NCBI GenBank assembly: GCA_003243965.1
Contig: QHBO01000045.1
Span: 38,552 to 102,551, forward strand
Source of the DNA: Chloroflexota bacterium
Lineage (GTDB): Bacteria; Chloroflexota; Limnocylindria; QHBO01
Direction: 5' to 3'
DNA: 64,000 nucleotides
The first letter of the stretch is position 1. Every line of letters starts with the position of its first letter. Under the pieces are notes generated by a model that saw only the letters and a list, made by a program, of their open reading frames with translations, was not told the origin of the DNA and did not search any database. Shown piece after piece: positions 18,496-27,590 of the stretch. The position numbers and the translations under genes were made by a program.

Positions 18496-20093
18496 TCGCG
18501 GTGCTCCCCCCACGCCGCGCGCAGGACGCCCGCCACCTCGCCGAGCGTGACGTCGGCCTCGACGCAGGCGCGGATGCGCGGCAGCACGTTCTCCGTTCCG
18601 CTCGCAGCGGTCGCGAGCGCAGCGCAGGCGGCCGCGGCGCGACCGGCGTCGCGGCCATCGCGGATGGCTCGGGTCCGTTCGATCTGGCGCCGCTCCGCCG
18701 CGGCGTCGATCCGCTGGGGCGCCGGACGCTGCTCGGCCTGGTCGGCATCGGTGAACGCGTTCACGCCGATCACCACCTGCTCATCGCGCTCCACCGCCTG
18801 CTGGAACGCATACGCCGCCTCGGCGATGGCACGCTGCTGGTGTCCCTCCGCGATCGCGGCCAGCGTCCCCCCGCGCTCATCGATCTGGCGCAACTCGTCC
18901 CACACCCGCTCCTCCATCTCCGCGCCCAACCGCTCCAGGAAGTAGGACCCGCCGAGCGGATCCACGGGCGCAACCAGTCCCGATTCGTATGCGAGCACCT
19001 GCTGGGTGCGCAGCGCCAACCGAGCGGTGGCGGGCGTCGGGAGGCCGAGGGCCTCGTCGAGCGCGTTGGTGTGCAGCGACTGCGCACCACCCAGGATGGC
19101 GGCCATGGCTTGCACCGTCGTGCGCACCACGTTCACATCCGGCTGCTGGGCGGTCAGCGTCGAGCCACCGGTCTGCACATGGAAACGCATTGCCATGCTC
19201 CGTGGATCGCGAGCGCCGAACCGCTCGGCCGCGGTCCGGGCCCAGACGCGGCGGGCCACACGGAACTTCGCCACCTCCTCCAGCAGATCGTTGTGCGCCG
19301 CGAAGAAGAAGGAGAGGCGCGGGGCGAACTCGTCGAAGGCGAGCCCCGCGGCGAGCGCTGCCTCGGCGTAGGCGATTGCATCGGCGATCGTGAACGCCAC
19401 CTCCTGGACCGCGGTGGCCCCCGCCTCGCGCATGTGGTAGCCGCTGATGCTGATGGTGTTGAAGGCGGGCAGCTCCGTGCGGCAGTAGGCGAAGGTATCG
19501 GTCACCAGGCGCATCGAGGGTCCGGGCGGGAAGATGTAGGTCCCGCGCGCGACGTACTCCTTGAGAATGTCGTTCTGGATCGTGCCGCGCAGCTGACGGG
19601 GGTCGACGCCGCGGCGACGACCCACCGTCTCGTACAGCACCAGCAAGATGGCCGCGGTGGCATTTATGGTCATCGAGGTGCTGACCCGATCCAGCGCAAT
19701 CCCATCCAGCAGGATCTCCATGTCCGCGACGGAGTCGATCGGGACGCCGACCCGTCCCACCTCCCCGACCGCCATCAGGTCGTCCGAGTCGTAGCCGATC
19801 TGGGTCGGCAGGTCGAAGGCGACCGACAACCCCGTCTGCCCGGAGGCGAGGAGGTAGCGGAAGCGGGCGTTCGTCTCGTCGGCCGAGCCGAACCCGGCGT
19901 ACTGGCGCATCGTCCACGGACGCCCACGGTAGCCATCGGGGTGAATGCCCCGGGTGAATGGAGGTTGTCCCGGCTCCCCGAGGTCCGCGGCAGGGTCCAG
20001 GTCGCTCGTCTCGGCAGGGCCGTAGACGGTGCCCACCTCGATTCCCGAGCTTGTCGACCGATGGGTGGGGCGCGGCGGCTGCGGGGCGCTCAT
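18492..20093 (-). CDS. Methylmalonyl-CoA mutase, substrate-binding (large) subunit without B12 domain
   Basis: [10 protein letters not shown] (Tyr) and [13 protein letters not shown] (Arg) fit MCM specificity; [11 protein letters not shown]; no DxHxxG domain. Confidence 0.93.
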   Translation of the reverse strand: MSAPQPPRPTHRSTSSGIEVGTVYGPAETSDLDPAADLGEPGQPPFTRGIHPDGYRGRPWTMRQYAGFGSADETNARFRYLLASGQTGLSVAFDLPTQIGYDSDDLMAVGEVGRVGVPIDSVADMEILLDGIALDRVSTSMTINATAAILLVLYETVGRRRGVDPRQLRGTIQNDILKEYVARGTYIFPPGPSMRLVTDTFAYCRTELPAFNTISISGYHMREAGATAVQEVAFTIADAIAYAEAALAAGLAFDEFAPRLSFFFAAHNDLLEEVAKFRVARRVWARTAAERFGARDPRSMAMRFHVQTGGSTLTAQQPDVNVVRTTVQAMAAILGGAQSLHTNALDEALGLPTPATARLALRTQQVLAYESGLVAPVDPLGGSYFLERLGAEMEERVWDELRQIDERGGTLAAIAEGHQQRAIAEAAYAFQQAVERDEQVVIGVNAFTDADQAEQRPAPQRIDAAAERRQIERTRAIRDGRDAGRAAAACAALATAASGTENVLPRIRACVEADVTLGEVAGVLRAAWGEHRE

Positions 20094-20151
20094 CAGGCGC
20101 CGATTGTAGTCGGCGGTCCGACGCGTCCCATGCGCAGCCGCCGCGCAGGTG

Positions 20152-20619
20152 CTACTCGAGTCGGAGCAGGATCGCCCCGGCGGCAACGGTCGCGCCCGCG
20201 GCAACCATCACCTCGAGGACACGGCCGGCGCGCGGGGCCCGGACCTCGTTCTGCATCTTCATGGCCTCGATGGTGACCAGTGGCGCGCCCTCGACCACGT
20301 CGCTCCCCGGCTCCGCCTGCACCGCGACGATCAGTCCCGGCAGGGTGGCCCTGACCTCGAGCGGCCCGGCAGCGCCCTGGGCCGCCACGTTCGCCTCTGC
20401 CAGGACGCGCTCCCGCCAGGTCCGGAGCTCAACCCGCAGGCGGCGGCCACGCAGCGTGACCCACCACTCCTCGCCGCTGCCCTCGACCGCCGCGAGGATC
20501 GAGCCCGCGTCGCCGCCAAGCGAGATGAGCCCGTGCGGGAGATCCAGGATGCGGACCTGCCAGCCGTCGGCCGGCTCGATGTCGCGGCCGTCGATCCGGG
20601 CTCGATAGCGGCCGCTCAT
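20152..20619 (-). CDS. accB: Biotin carboxyl carrier protein
   Basis: EAMKMQNE biotinylation motif; ATGA overlap with the carboxylase gene. Confidence 0.9.
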   Translation of the reverse strand: MSGRYRARIDGRDIEPADGWQVRILDLPHGLISLGGDAGSILAAVEGSGEEWWVTLRGRRLRVELRTWRERVLAEANVAAQGAAGPLEVRATLPGLIVAVQAEPGSDVVEGAPLVTIEAMKMQNEVRAPRAGRVLEVMVAAGATVAAGAILLRLE

Positions 20620-22109
20620 CGAAGTGCCCCGCGACGGGCGGCGATCCCCCACGCCGACTGACCGGAGGCCCCGCCAGGTGGCCTGCGGGCGGAGGCCGCA
20701 GGCCCCACGTCGCGCAGGTAAGAGGCCGCGCGGGCCGCGAGCGCCATCTCCTGGGTACTGGGTGGCGGCGCGGACCAGCGTTCCGCGATGAGGTTCGTGT
20801 CGTAGTCGCCGGCGGCGAAGCCCGGCTCGTCAACGAGCCATCGGAAGAAGCCTGCGTCGGTCTGCACACCCCCCACAACGGTCTCATCCAGGACACGCCG
20901 CAGCCGAGCGATGGCGCCGGCCCGGTCGCCGGCATGGACCATCAGCTTGGCGAGGAGGGGGTCGTAGTCGGGCCGCACGTCGGTATCGGCGCTGACGCCG
21001 GCATCGACCCGAACCCCCGGGCCGCCAGCCATCCGCCAGGCCTTGACCCTGCCCGCAACCGGGGCGAAGTCGTTCCACGGGTCCTCCGCATACAGCCGCA
21101 CCTCGATCGCGTGACCGTTCGGCTCAGCGTCCACCACGCCGCGGGGCAGGCGCTCGCCCATCGCAACCCGCAGCTGCCAGGCGACCAGGTCGAGACCGGT
21201 CACCAGCTCGGTGACACCATGCTCCACCTGGAGGCGCGTGTTCATCTCCAGGAAGTGATGCCGCCCGTCGGCGTCGAGAAGGAACTCCACGGTCGCCGCG
21301 CTCCAGAACGCGACCGCTCCGGCCACCCGGCGGGCGCTCTCGAACAGCGCGGCCCGGATGTCGGGTGTCACCGCCGGAGACGGCGTCTCCTCCACGAGCT
21401 TCTGGTTTCGTCGCTGAACGCTGCAGTCCCGCTCCCCCAGGCAGGCGAGCGATCCACGACGGTCCCCCAGCAGCTGGACCTCCACGTGCCGCGCCGGGGC
21501 GATGAGCCGCTCCGCATAGACGGCCGAGACCCCGAACGCAGCCACCGCCTCGCGGCGGGCCGCAGCGAGCGCCCCCGCCAGCTCCCCCGCAGTGTTCACC
21601 CGCCGCATCCCCCGGCCGCCGCCGCCGGCCGCCGCCTTGAGCATCAGTGGAAAGCCGATCCCATCCAGATCCCCCTGCGGACCATCGAGCGGCACCGTCA
21701 GCCCCGGCACGATCGGCACCCCCGCCGCCCGGGCCGCGCGTCGCGCCGCCAGCTTGTCGCCGAGTGCGGCAATCGTCGCGGGCGGCGGCCCGACGAACGT
21801 CAGGCCCGCCGCCTCGACTGCCGCAGCGAACTCGGCGTTCTCCGAGAGGAATCCGTAGCCGGGATGGATCGCGTCGGCGCCGCTGCGGGCGGCGGCGGCC
21901 AGCACGGCCCCGATGTCCAGGTAGGACTCGGCAGCCGGGGGTCGACCAATCCGCTCCGCGCGGTCGGCGAATGCGACATGCAGCGAATCGGCGTCCGCAT
22001 CCGAGTACACCGCCACGCTGTCGATGCCCATCTCGCGGCACGTGCGGGCGATGCGCACCGCGATCTCGCCCCGGTTCGCGATCAGCAACCGGCGAATGAG
22101 CCGCGTCAC
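20616..22109 (-). CDS. accC: Biotin carboxylase subunit (acetyl/propionyl-CoA carboxylase)
   Basis: ANRGEIA, HPGYGFLSEN, GGGGRGM, RDCSVQRR and EMNTRLQVEH motifs. Confidence 0.93.
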   Translation of the reverse strand: MTRLIRRLLIANRGEIAVRIARTCREMGIDSVAVYSDADADSLHVAFADRAERIGRPPAAESYLDIGAVLAAAARSGADAIHPGYGFLSENAEFAAAVEAAGLTFVGPPPATIAALGDKLAARRAARAAGVPIVPGLTVPLDGPQGDLDGIGFPLMLKAAAGGGGRGMRRVNTAGELAGALAAARREAVAAFGVSAVYAERLIAPARHVEVQLLGDRRGSLACLGERDCSVQRRNQKLVEETPSPAVTPDIRAALFESARRVAGAVAFWSAATVEFLLDADGRHHFLEMNTRLQVEHGVTELVTGLDLVAWQLRVAMGERLPRGVVDAEPNGHAIEVRLYAEDPWNDFAPVAGRVKAWRMAGGPGVRVDAGVSADTDVRPDYDPLLAKLMVHAGDRAGAIARLRRVLDETVVGGVQTDAGFFRWLVDEPGFAAGDYDTNLIAERWSAPPPSTQEMALAARAASYLRDVGPAASARRPPGGASGQSAWGIAARRGALR

Positions 22110-22116
22110 CGCGTGG

Positions 22117-22134
22117 CGTCTTTGCGCAAAGACG
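22117..22134. promoter_or_regulatory. Perfect 18-bp palindrome CGTCTTTGCGCAAAGACG (candidate non-canonical parS, copy 1)
   Basis: Loopless perfect palindrome in the short pccB-accC gap; near-copies at 23823 and 25272. Confidence 0.7.
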
Positions 22135-22143
22135 GCACCCCGC

Positions 22144-23694
22144 TCAGAGTGGGATGTTGCCGTGCTTCTTGGCCGGCAACGACTGGCGCTTTCCTTCCAG
22201 GACCGACAGCGCCGATGCGATTCGCTCGCGCGTCTCCGCGGGGCGGATCACCTCGTCGATGTAGCCGCGGCCGGCGGCGATGTACGGGTTCGCGAAACGC
22301 TCCTCGTACTCCGCGATCAGGGCCACTCGCTCAGCTTCCGGGTCGCGAGCCGCCGCGATGCGGTCGCGGAACACGATGTTGACGGCGCCTTCGACACCCA
22401 TCACCGCGATTTCGGCGGTCGGCCACGCAAAGTTGAAATCGCCCCGAATGTGCTTGCTGCTCATCACGTCGTATGCGCCGCCGTACGCCTTCCGAGTGAT
22501 GACCGTCACCTTCGGGACCGTTGCCTCGCAGTAGGCGTACAGCAGCTTGGCGCCATGGCGGATGATTCCCCGATGCTCTTGCTCGACGCCGGGAAGGAAA
22601 CCGGGGACGTCGACCAGGGTCACCAGCGGCACGTTGAAGCAATCGCAGAATCGCACGAAGCGCGCCGCCTTGTCCGATGCATCGATGTCCAGCACGCCGG
22701 CCAGCACCTCCGGCTGCTGTGCCACGATTCCGACGCTGCGACCTTCGATCCGCGCGAACCCGCAGATGATGTTGCGGGCGAAGTGGGCGTGGACCTCCAG
22801 GAACGATTCGCGATCCACGATGCCGACGATTGCGGTGTGCATGTCGTAGGAACGCTGCGCCGAATCCGGAATCAGCAGATCGAGCGTCTCCGGCGCGCTG
22901 GTGGGAGGATCCCAATCAGCGAGCCGGGGAGGAAGGTCGATGTTGTTCGGCGGGAGGTACGAGGTCAGGCGTCTCGCGAGCTCGAGTGCCTGCGGCTCGC
23001 CGGCAGCCAGGAAGTGCGCGACGCCGCTCCTCTCGTTGTGGATGCGCGCGCCACCGAGCCCCTCGAAGTCCACCTCTTCGTGGGTGACCGTCTTCACCAC
23101 GTTCGGCCCGGTGACGAACATGTAACTCGATCCGTCGACCATGATCGTGAAGTCCGTGATCGCCGGCGAGTACACCGCCCCGCCGGCACACGGCCCGAGC
23201 ACCAGCGAGATCTGGGGCACCACACCGGACGCCAGCGTGTTGCGCAGGAAGATCTCCGCGTAGCCCCCCAGGCTCACCACGCCCTCTTGAATGCGGGCAC
23301 CGCCCGAATCGGAGAGGCCGATGACCGGCATTCCATTTTCCATCGCGAGGTCCATCACCTTGCAGATCTTCTCCGCGTGCGTCTCGGACAGGGAGCCACC
23401 GAAAACGGTGAAGTCCTGGCTATAGGCGAATACTGGTCGCCCGTCGATGGTTCCATGGCCGGTGACCACTCCGTCCCCGAGATAACGCTCTTCGTCGAGG
23501 CCGAAGTCGGAGGCGCGATGCGTGACGAACGCATCGAGCTCCCGAAACGAGTCCTCGTCGAGTAGAAGCTCCATTCGTTCGCGGGCAGTCAGCTTCCCGC
23601 GCGCGTGCTGTTGCTCGATTCGCTCCGCGCCCCCTCCGAGTCTGGCCTCGCGGCGCAACTCTTCCAGGCGTGCCAGCTTGTCGGCCGTCGACAC
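22144..23694 (-). CDS. pccB: Propionyl-CoA carboxylase beta (carboxyltransferase) subunit
   Basis: [38 protein letters not shown] and KKHGNIPL C-terminus. Confidence 0.95.
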   Translation of the reverse strand: MSTADKLARLEELRREARLGGGAERIEQQHARGKLTARERMELLLDEDSFRELDAFVTHRASDFGLDEERYLGDGVVTGHGTIDGRPVFAYSQDFTVFGGSLSETHAEKICKVMDLAMENGMPVIGLSDSGGARIQEGVVSLGGYAEIFLRNTLASGVVPQISLVLGPCAGGAVYSPAITDFTIMVDGSSYMFVTGPNVVKTVTHEEVDFEGLGGARIHNERSGVAHFLAAGEPQALELARRLTSYLPPNNIDLPPRLADWDPPTSAPETLDLLIPDSAQRSYDMHTAIVGIVDRESFLEVHAHFARNIICGFARIEGRSVGIVAQQPEVLAGVLDIDASDKAARFVRFCDCFNVPLVTLVDVPGFLPGVEQEHRGIIRHGAKLLYAYCEATVPKVTVITRKAYGGAYDVMSSKHIRGDFNFAWPTAEIAVMGVEGAVNIVFRDRIAAARDPEAERVALIAEYEERFANPYIAAGRGYIDEVIRPAETRERIASALSVLEGKRQSLPAKKHGNIPL

Positions 23695-23713
23695 TCGGGT
23701 CCTCCAAGGTAGG

Positions 23714-23789
23714 TGGTGGGCCCAGCAGGGATCGAACCTGCGACCCGCCGGTTATGAGCCGGATGCTCTGACCACTGAGCTATGGGCCC
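23714..23789 (-). tRNA. tRNA with CAU anticodon, most likely tRNA-Ile2 (lysidine)
   Basis: 76 nt GGGCCCATAGCTCAG...CCGGCTCATAACCGG...GGTTCGATCC...GGGCCCACCA with encoded CCA. Paired G1-C72 and no triple G-C anticodon stem, so not the initiator; resembles known Ile2 tRNAs. Confidence 0.9.
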
Positions 23790-23822
23790 GGGCACGGTGG
23801 ACAAGTCCGAGTATAGCCACCC

Positions 23823-23838
23823 GTCTTTGCACAAAGAC
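23823..23838. promoter_or_regulatory. Palindrome GTCTTTGCACAAAGAC (candidate parS, copy 2)
   Basis: One mismatch to copy 1; lies between the divergent tRNA (TATACT 23810-23815) and parA (TATCAT 23895-23900) -10 elements. Confidence 0.7.
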
Positions 23839-23856
23839 ATCGACATCGGAGCACGT

Positions 23857-23865
23857 TGTGGATAA
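23857..23865 (-). promoter_or_regulatory. Perfect DnaA box (TTATCCACA)
   Basis: Plus strand TGTGGATAA, upstream of parA. Confidence 0.65.
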
Positions 23866-23954
23866 CCCCGATGACCGGCGGTGGAGGCGACGGCTATCAT
23901 CGGTCTGTCGCAGTCGCGACCTCCCGGGCTTTCGTAGCAGGCAAGGTGACGCCG

Positions 23955-24722
23955 TTGACCAAGATAATCGCCATCGCAAACCAGAAGGGCGGCGTCGGGA
24001 AGACCACCTGCTCGATCAACCTCGGCGGCGCCCTCGCCGAACTCGGCTACCGGGTCCTGTGTGTGGACATGGATCCGCAGGCGAACCTCACCGTCGGCCT
24101 GGGGATCGCGCTCTCCGAGGTTCGCGAGTCGATGGCGGATGTCCTCTCCGATGATCGCGTCCCGCTGCAGCAGATCGTCAGGCCGGCGGAGATGGCCGGC
24201 CTGTCTGTTGCGCCGGCGACCCTGGAGCTGGCGTCGACGGAGGTCGAGCTGTTCACCGCCATCGGTCGAGAGATGGTGTTGCGCGACGCGCTGTCGGGAT
24301 GGGTCGAGCGACAGTTCGACGTGCTGATCATCGACTGTCCGCCCACGCTCGGCCTGCTGACGATCAATTCGCTCGTTGCATCGTCACGGGTGATCATTCC
24401 GGTTCAGACGCAGTACTACGCGATCAAAGGCCTCACGGCGCTGATCAAGGTGATCAACACCATCAAGCTCAAGCTGAACCATGACCTCGAGATCCTCGGT
24501 CTGCTGGCGACGTTCTACGACGGCCGCACGGTGCTCGCGCGCGAGATGCTCGAAAACCTTCGCGAGCTGGGCGACCATCGCGTCTTCGACACGATGATCA
24601 AGAACACGGTGAAGCTCGGCGAGGCGCCACTCACCGGGCGGCCAATCACCGAGTACGCAACCAACTCATCCGCTGCCCGGGCGTTTCGCGACCTGGCACA
24701 GGAGGTGATCGAGCTTGGGTAG
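23955..24722 (+). CDS. parA: ParA/Soj chromosome partitioning ATPase
   Basis: ANQKGGVGKTT, DMDPQAN, IDCPPTLG and EAP motifs; TTG after AAGGTG RBS. Confidence 0.95.
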   Translation: MTKIIAIANQKGGVGKTTCSINLGGALAELGYRVLCVDMDPQANLTVGLGIALSEVRESMADVLSDDRVPLQQIVRPAEMAGLSVAPATLELASTEVELFTAIGREMVLRDALSGWVERQFDVLIIDCPPTLGLLTINSLVASSRVIIPVQTQYYAIKGLTALIKVINTIKLKLNHDLEILGLLATFYDGRTVLAREMLENLRELGDHRVFDTMIKNTVKLGEAPLTGRPITEYATNSSAARAFRDLAQEVIELG

Positions 24723-25689
24723 TCAACGCCCCATCCTTCGCCAGAACATCCAGCGGCTGTTCGACGAGGCGGCCAACACCGATCTCGCACCCGGCATCGT
24801 CTCGCTGATCGAGTCGCGCGCGACACATGCACAGCTGCGCGAGCTGCCGGTTGAGCGCATCCTGCCAAACCCCGCCCAGCCGCGGCTCAGCTACGAGGAG
24901 GACTCGCTCACCGAACTGGCGGATTCGATCCGCGAGCACGGCGTCCTGCAGCCGATCCTCGTCAGGCCGGTCGGTGCGAAGTTCGAGCTCGTCGCTGGCG
25001 AGCGCCGCTGGCGAGCGTCACGGATGGCGGAGCGGGTGAGCATCCCTGCCATCGTGGTCGACTTCGACGAGCAGACGGCGCTCGAGGTGTCGATCATCGA
25101 GAACCTCCAGCGCGAGGACGTCTCGCCGCTGGAGGAAGCGACGATGTATCGCAAGATGACGGATCTCGGATATTCGGTGCGCCAGCTCGCGCAGAAGATC
25201 GGTAAGGACAAGGGCTACGTGGAGAATCGCCTCCGCCTGGCGGATGCTCCGCCGGAGATTCGCGAGCTGGTGTCTTTGCGCAGAGACACCCTCAGCCATG
25301 CGTATGAGCTGATGCGGATCGACGACGAGCGGACGCGTCGACGCCTCGCCAAGAAGGTCGCCGCCGGTGAGCTGACACTCGCCAAGTTGCGGGCCCTCAC
25401 CGGGGTCCCGGCGGACGGCGACGCGGACAGCGGTGCCAAGCCCGTGCGCCGGCGGGCAAAGACGGTGGCGGGCACGTTCGCCGCTGCGAAGGCTGCCGAC
25501 GACGCGCTGATGAACACCCGCGGCCGCCTGGCCGACTCGATCGATGACCTGGTCGACCTGCTCCGGCAGCCGGATGTCATCCACCAGATCCCGGACACGA
25601 ACCGCGACAACCTGGCGAAGCACCTGACGATCACGAAGCTCAAGCTCGAGAACGCGATCGCCATCATTCGCGCCACGCGCGAGGAGTGA
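24715..25689 (+). CDS. parB: ParB/Spo0J-family CTP-binding partition protein with divergent HTH
   Basis: PNPAQPR, GVLQPI, AGERRWRA and ENLQRED motifs; HTH SVRQLAQKIGKDKGYVENRLRL. Confidence 0.93.
   Translation: MGSQRPILRQNIQRLFDEAANTDLAPGIVSLIESRATHAQLRELPVERILPNPAQPRLSYEEDSLTELADSIREHGVLQPILVRPVGAKFELVAGERRWRASRMAERVSIPAIVVDFDEQTALEVSIIENLQREDVSPLEEATMYRKMTDLGYSVRQLAQKIGKDKGYVENRLRLADAPPEIRELVSLRRDTLSHAYELMRIDDERTRRRLAKKVAAGELTLAKLRALTGVPADGDADSGAKPVRRRAKTVAGTFAAAKAADDALMNTRGRLADSIDDLVDLLRQPDVIHQIPDTNRDNLAKHLTITKLKLENAIAIIRATREE
25269..25290. promoter_or_regulatory. 22-bp near-palindrome GGTGTCTTTGCGCAGAGACACC inside parB (candidate parS, copy 3)
   Basis: One mismatch to a perfect palindrome; encodes VSLRRDT using TCT, TTG and AGA codons. 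Confidence 0.7.
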
Positions 25690-25714
25690 GCCGGCAGCCG
25701 CCGCCGGAGGCCCG

Positions 25715-26227
25715 CTAACCGCCGCCGGCGACCCGCTGACCCCCGCCGGCTGGGCCCCCGCCGGTCGCCTCGCGCGCCAGCGCCGCCTCGATCTCGTCGA
25801 GGTGTTCGCCGCGGTGCGCGGCGCGGTTCAGGTTCAACGGGCTCTCCGGATCGTTGGGCCACGCGGCCGACGCCTCCTCTGCCGACAGCGAGGCGACCAT
25901 GGCATCGGTCCGCTGGGCGATCTCCAGGGCCAGCCCAGCGGCGATCTCCGGAGGGATGGCGTGGATCAGCGGGCGGGCAGCGTCGTTGATCCAATCCACG
26001 TCCTCCGGCTCGGCATCGGACACTGAGAAGGGAACGCCGCGCCTGAGCCGCTCCGCGAGCACCAGGGCGCGCCCGTCCCAGAACGCGAGGTGGCCGAGAA
26101 CGCCGGCGATCGACCAGGCGTCGTTGACAGGACGGCCAAGGTCCCGGTCGCTGAGGCGTTCCACCAGCGCTCGCATGCGCCCCAGCTGCTGGGCGTTCTC
26201 CTGGAGATGACTGTCGCGCTCCCCCAT
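25715..26227 (-). CDS. DinB/maleylpyruvate-isomerase N-terminal-like protein
   Basis: WSIAGVLGHLAFWD and C-terminal H..EH metal-ligand pattern of the DinB superfamily. Confidence 0.75.
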   Translation of the reverse strand: MGERDSHLQENAQQLGRMRALVERLSDRDLGRPVNDAWSIAGVLGHLAFWDGRALVLAERLRRGVPFSVSDAEPEDVDWINDAARPLIHAIPPEIAAGLALEIAQRTDAMVASLSAEEASAAWPNDPESPLNLNRAAHRGEHLDEIEAALAREATGGGPAGGGQRVAGGG

Positions 26228-26583
26228 CAGGCGGTGTACGACATCACTTCGGCGTTGCGCACCAGAAAGTCGACGAGCTTGCCCCTCGCCTCGGGGTCGA
26301 TGCGGCGCAGGCCCGCAACGGCCCGTGGCAGCTCGAAGACCGGGGCGGCAAGCTGACCGGCGGTGTCGATCCCGATCACATGGTCAGGCCCGCCGCCGAC
26401 CAGAAACGCCCGCTGGAAGCCGCGGGCGTCGAGCCCCGTGACGGTGCAGTACGAGCCGATCGCGTTTCCCACGCCCATCCGCTTGGCGAAATCCTGGAAC
26501 AGGTCACCCGCCCAGGTGTCGATCTGGTCATCGCTCTGCGCGTTGACCATCTCGCGGTAGGCCTTCTCGTCGGTTGAGCTCAC
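26227..26583 (-). CDS. Hypothetical protein (118 aa)
   Basis: GAGGGAG RBS, natural composition, stop/start overlap with the DinB gene. Confidence 0.7.
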   Translation of the reverse strand: MSSTDEKAYREMVNAQSDDQIDTWAGDLFQDFAKRMGVGNAIGSYCTVTGLDARGFQRAFLVGGGPDHVIGIDTAGQLAAPVFELPRAVAGLRRIDPEARGKLVDFLVRNAEVMSYTA

Positions 26584-26677
26584 GCGGCTCCCTCGGTCTG
26601 TGGACGGCGATTCTAGCCGAGCCTGCCGCCGGTCGGCACCGCCGCGCCGGCCACCGCGTGGCTGCTATCCTGCCGCG

Positions 26678-27250
26678 GTGATCAACCGCGCCGGCGATCC
26701 GAGAACCGAGGACACGATCGTCTTCGACCTGCTGCGGATGCCCGCCGGCGCCAGCGAGCCCGAGCCTGAGCCCGTCGGCTCCGCGACGTTCCGCGCCGGG
26801 CGCGCCACCGTCGAGGCTCCCGAGGCGATCTCGGTGGCCGTCGAGGAGCTCCTCAGTCGAGCCTTTGTCGATCGCGTTCATTCCGACGAACGACCGCGCG
26901 GCTACCGACGCACCGGCCAGGGGATGGTGGACATGCTGGTTCCCGGCATGCCGGAGCACTTCATTGCTCGCCTGCGGGGGCTGTGGCTCAGCTATCCGGA
27001 CGGCTCTGTCGTCACCGCCCGCAGGTCCGGTCTGCTGCCCGGGACAGCGCCGCCCGTGCTGTGGGGGCCGCGCCTGTCGGAAGCCGGGGCACCGGTCACT
27101 GACCCCGCGGTCAGGCGCGCCAGCCTCGCGCTCAGCGACCGGGCCACCGGGCGCCGGCCGCTGGTCCGCGGCAATCCACCGATGACCGGCCTCAGACCGG
27201 CCGACCAACCGACGGGCGTGCGGCGCACGGACTGCGGCTGGCCGGTCTGA
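26678..27250 (+). CDS. Hypothetical protein, probably leaderless
   Basis: TGcTATCCT extended -10, 6 nt, then GTG; fills an otherwise empty gap. Confidence 0.6.
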   Translation: MINRAGDPRTEDTIVFDLLRMPAGASEPEPEPVGSATFRAGRATVEAPEAISVAVEELLSRAFVDRVHSDERPRGYRRTGQGMVDMLVPGMPEHFIARLRGLWLSYPDGSVVTARRSGLLPGTAPPVLWGPRLSEAGAPVTDPAVRRASLALSDRATGRRPLVRGNPPMTGLRPADQPTGVRRTDCGWPV

Positions 27251-27351
27251 AGCTCGTCGTCGCGCAACGCGTGGCGAGGCTGGACGGCTTTCGCGGGAAT
27301 CTCCAGTGCGCATCGGCTGCACCCCCTGTCGGCGCCGGGTATCATCGGCGC

Positions 27352-27561
27352 ATGTCACGCCGTCTGTACATGCTGCTCCCGGCCCTGATCGCCGCAGTGG
27401 CCATCGTCTACTGGCGCATCAGCTACGAATGGGCGGGCGCCACGATGCTGCTCATCTTCTCGCTGGCGATGGCGGTCTACGGCTGGGTCCTGCTGCCCAC
27501 CGCCGATAACATCGGTCCGACCGCCCCGGTCGACCCGGACTTCGAGGATCCCGGCCGTTGA
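27352..27561 (+). CDS. Small two-TM membrane protein resembling the N-half of actinobacterial cytochrome c oxidase subunit IV (CtaF)
   Basis: TATCAT-6 nt-ATG; YW...EWAGAT.L motif between two TMs. Confidence 0.6.
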   Translation: MSRRLYMLLPALIAAVAIVYWRISYEWAGATMLLIFSLAMAVYGWVLLPTADNIGPTAPVDPDFEDPGR

Positions 27562-27590
27562 GCCGCCTGACACAGCCGAGCTGAGGGACC

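Noticed and set aside
22113..22138. Palindrome read as an intrinsic terminator
   Set aside because: No natural loop or U-tract, it lies mid-operon, and it recurs in promoter and coding contexts.
23714..23789. tRNA as initiator Met or as an integration site
   Set aside because: It lacks initiator hallmarks; I saw no integrase or duplicated 3' end. Elongator Met cannot be fully excluded.
23790..23954. Possible oriC
   Set aside because: Only one perfect DnaA box, no AT-rich unwinding element, and no dnaA/dnaN in the window.
25456..25464. GCAAAGACG half-site later in parB
   Set aside because: The left arm is absent; not counted as a palindrome copy.
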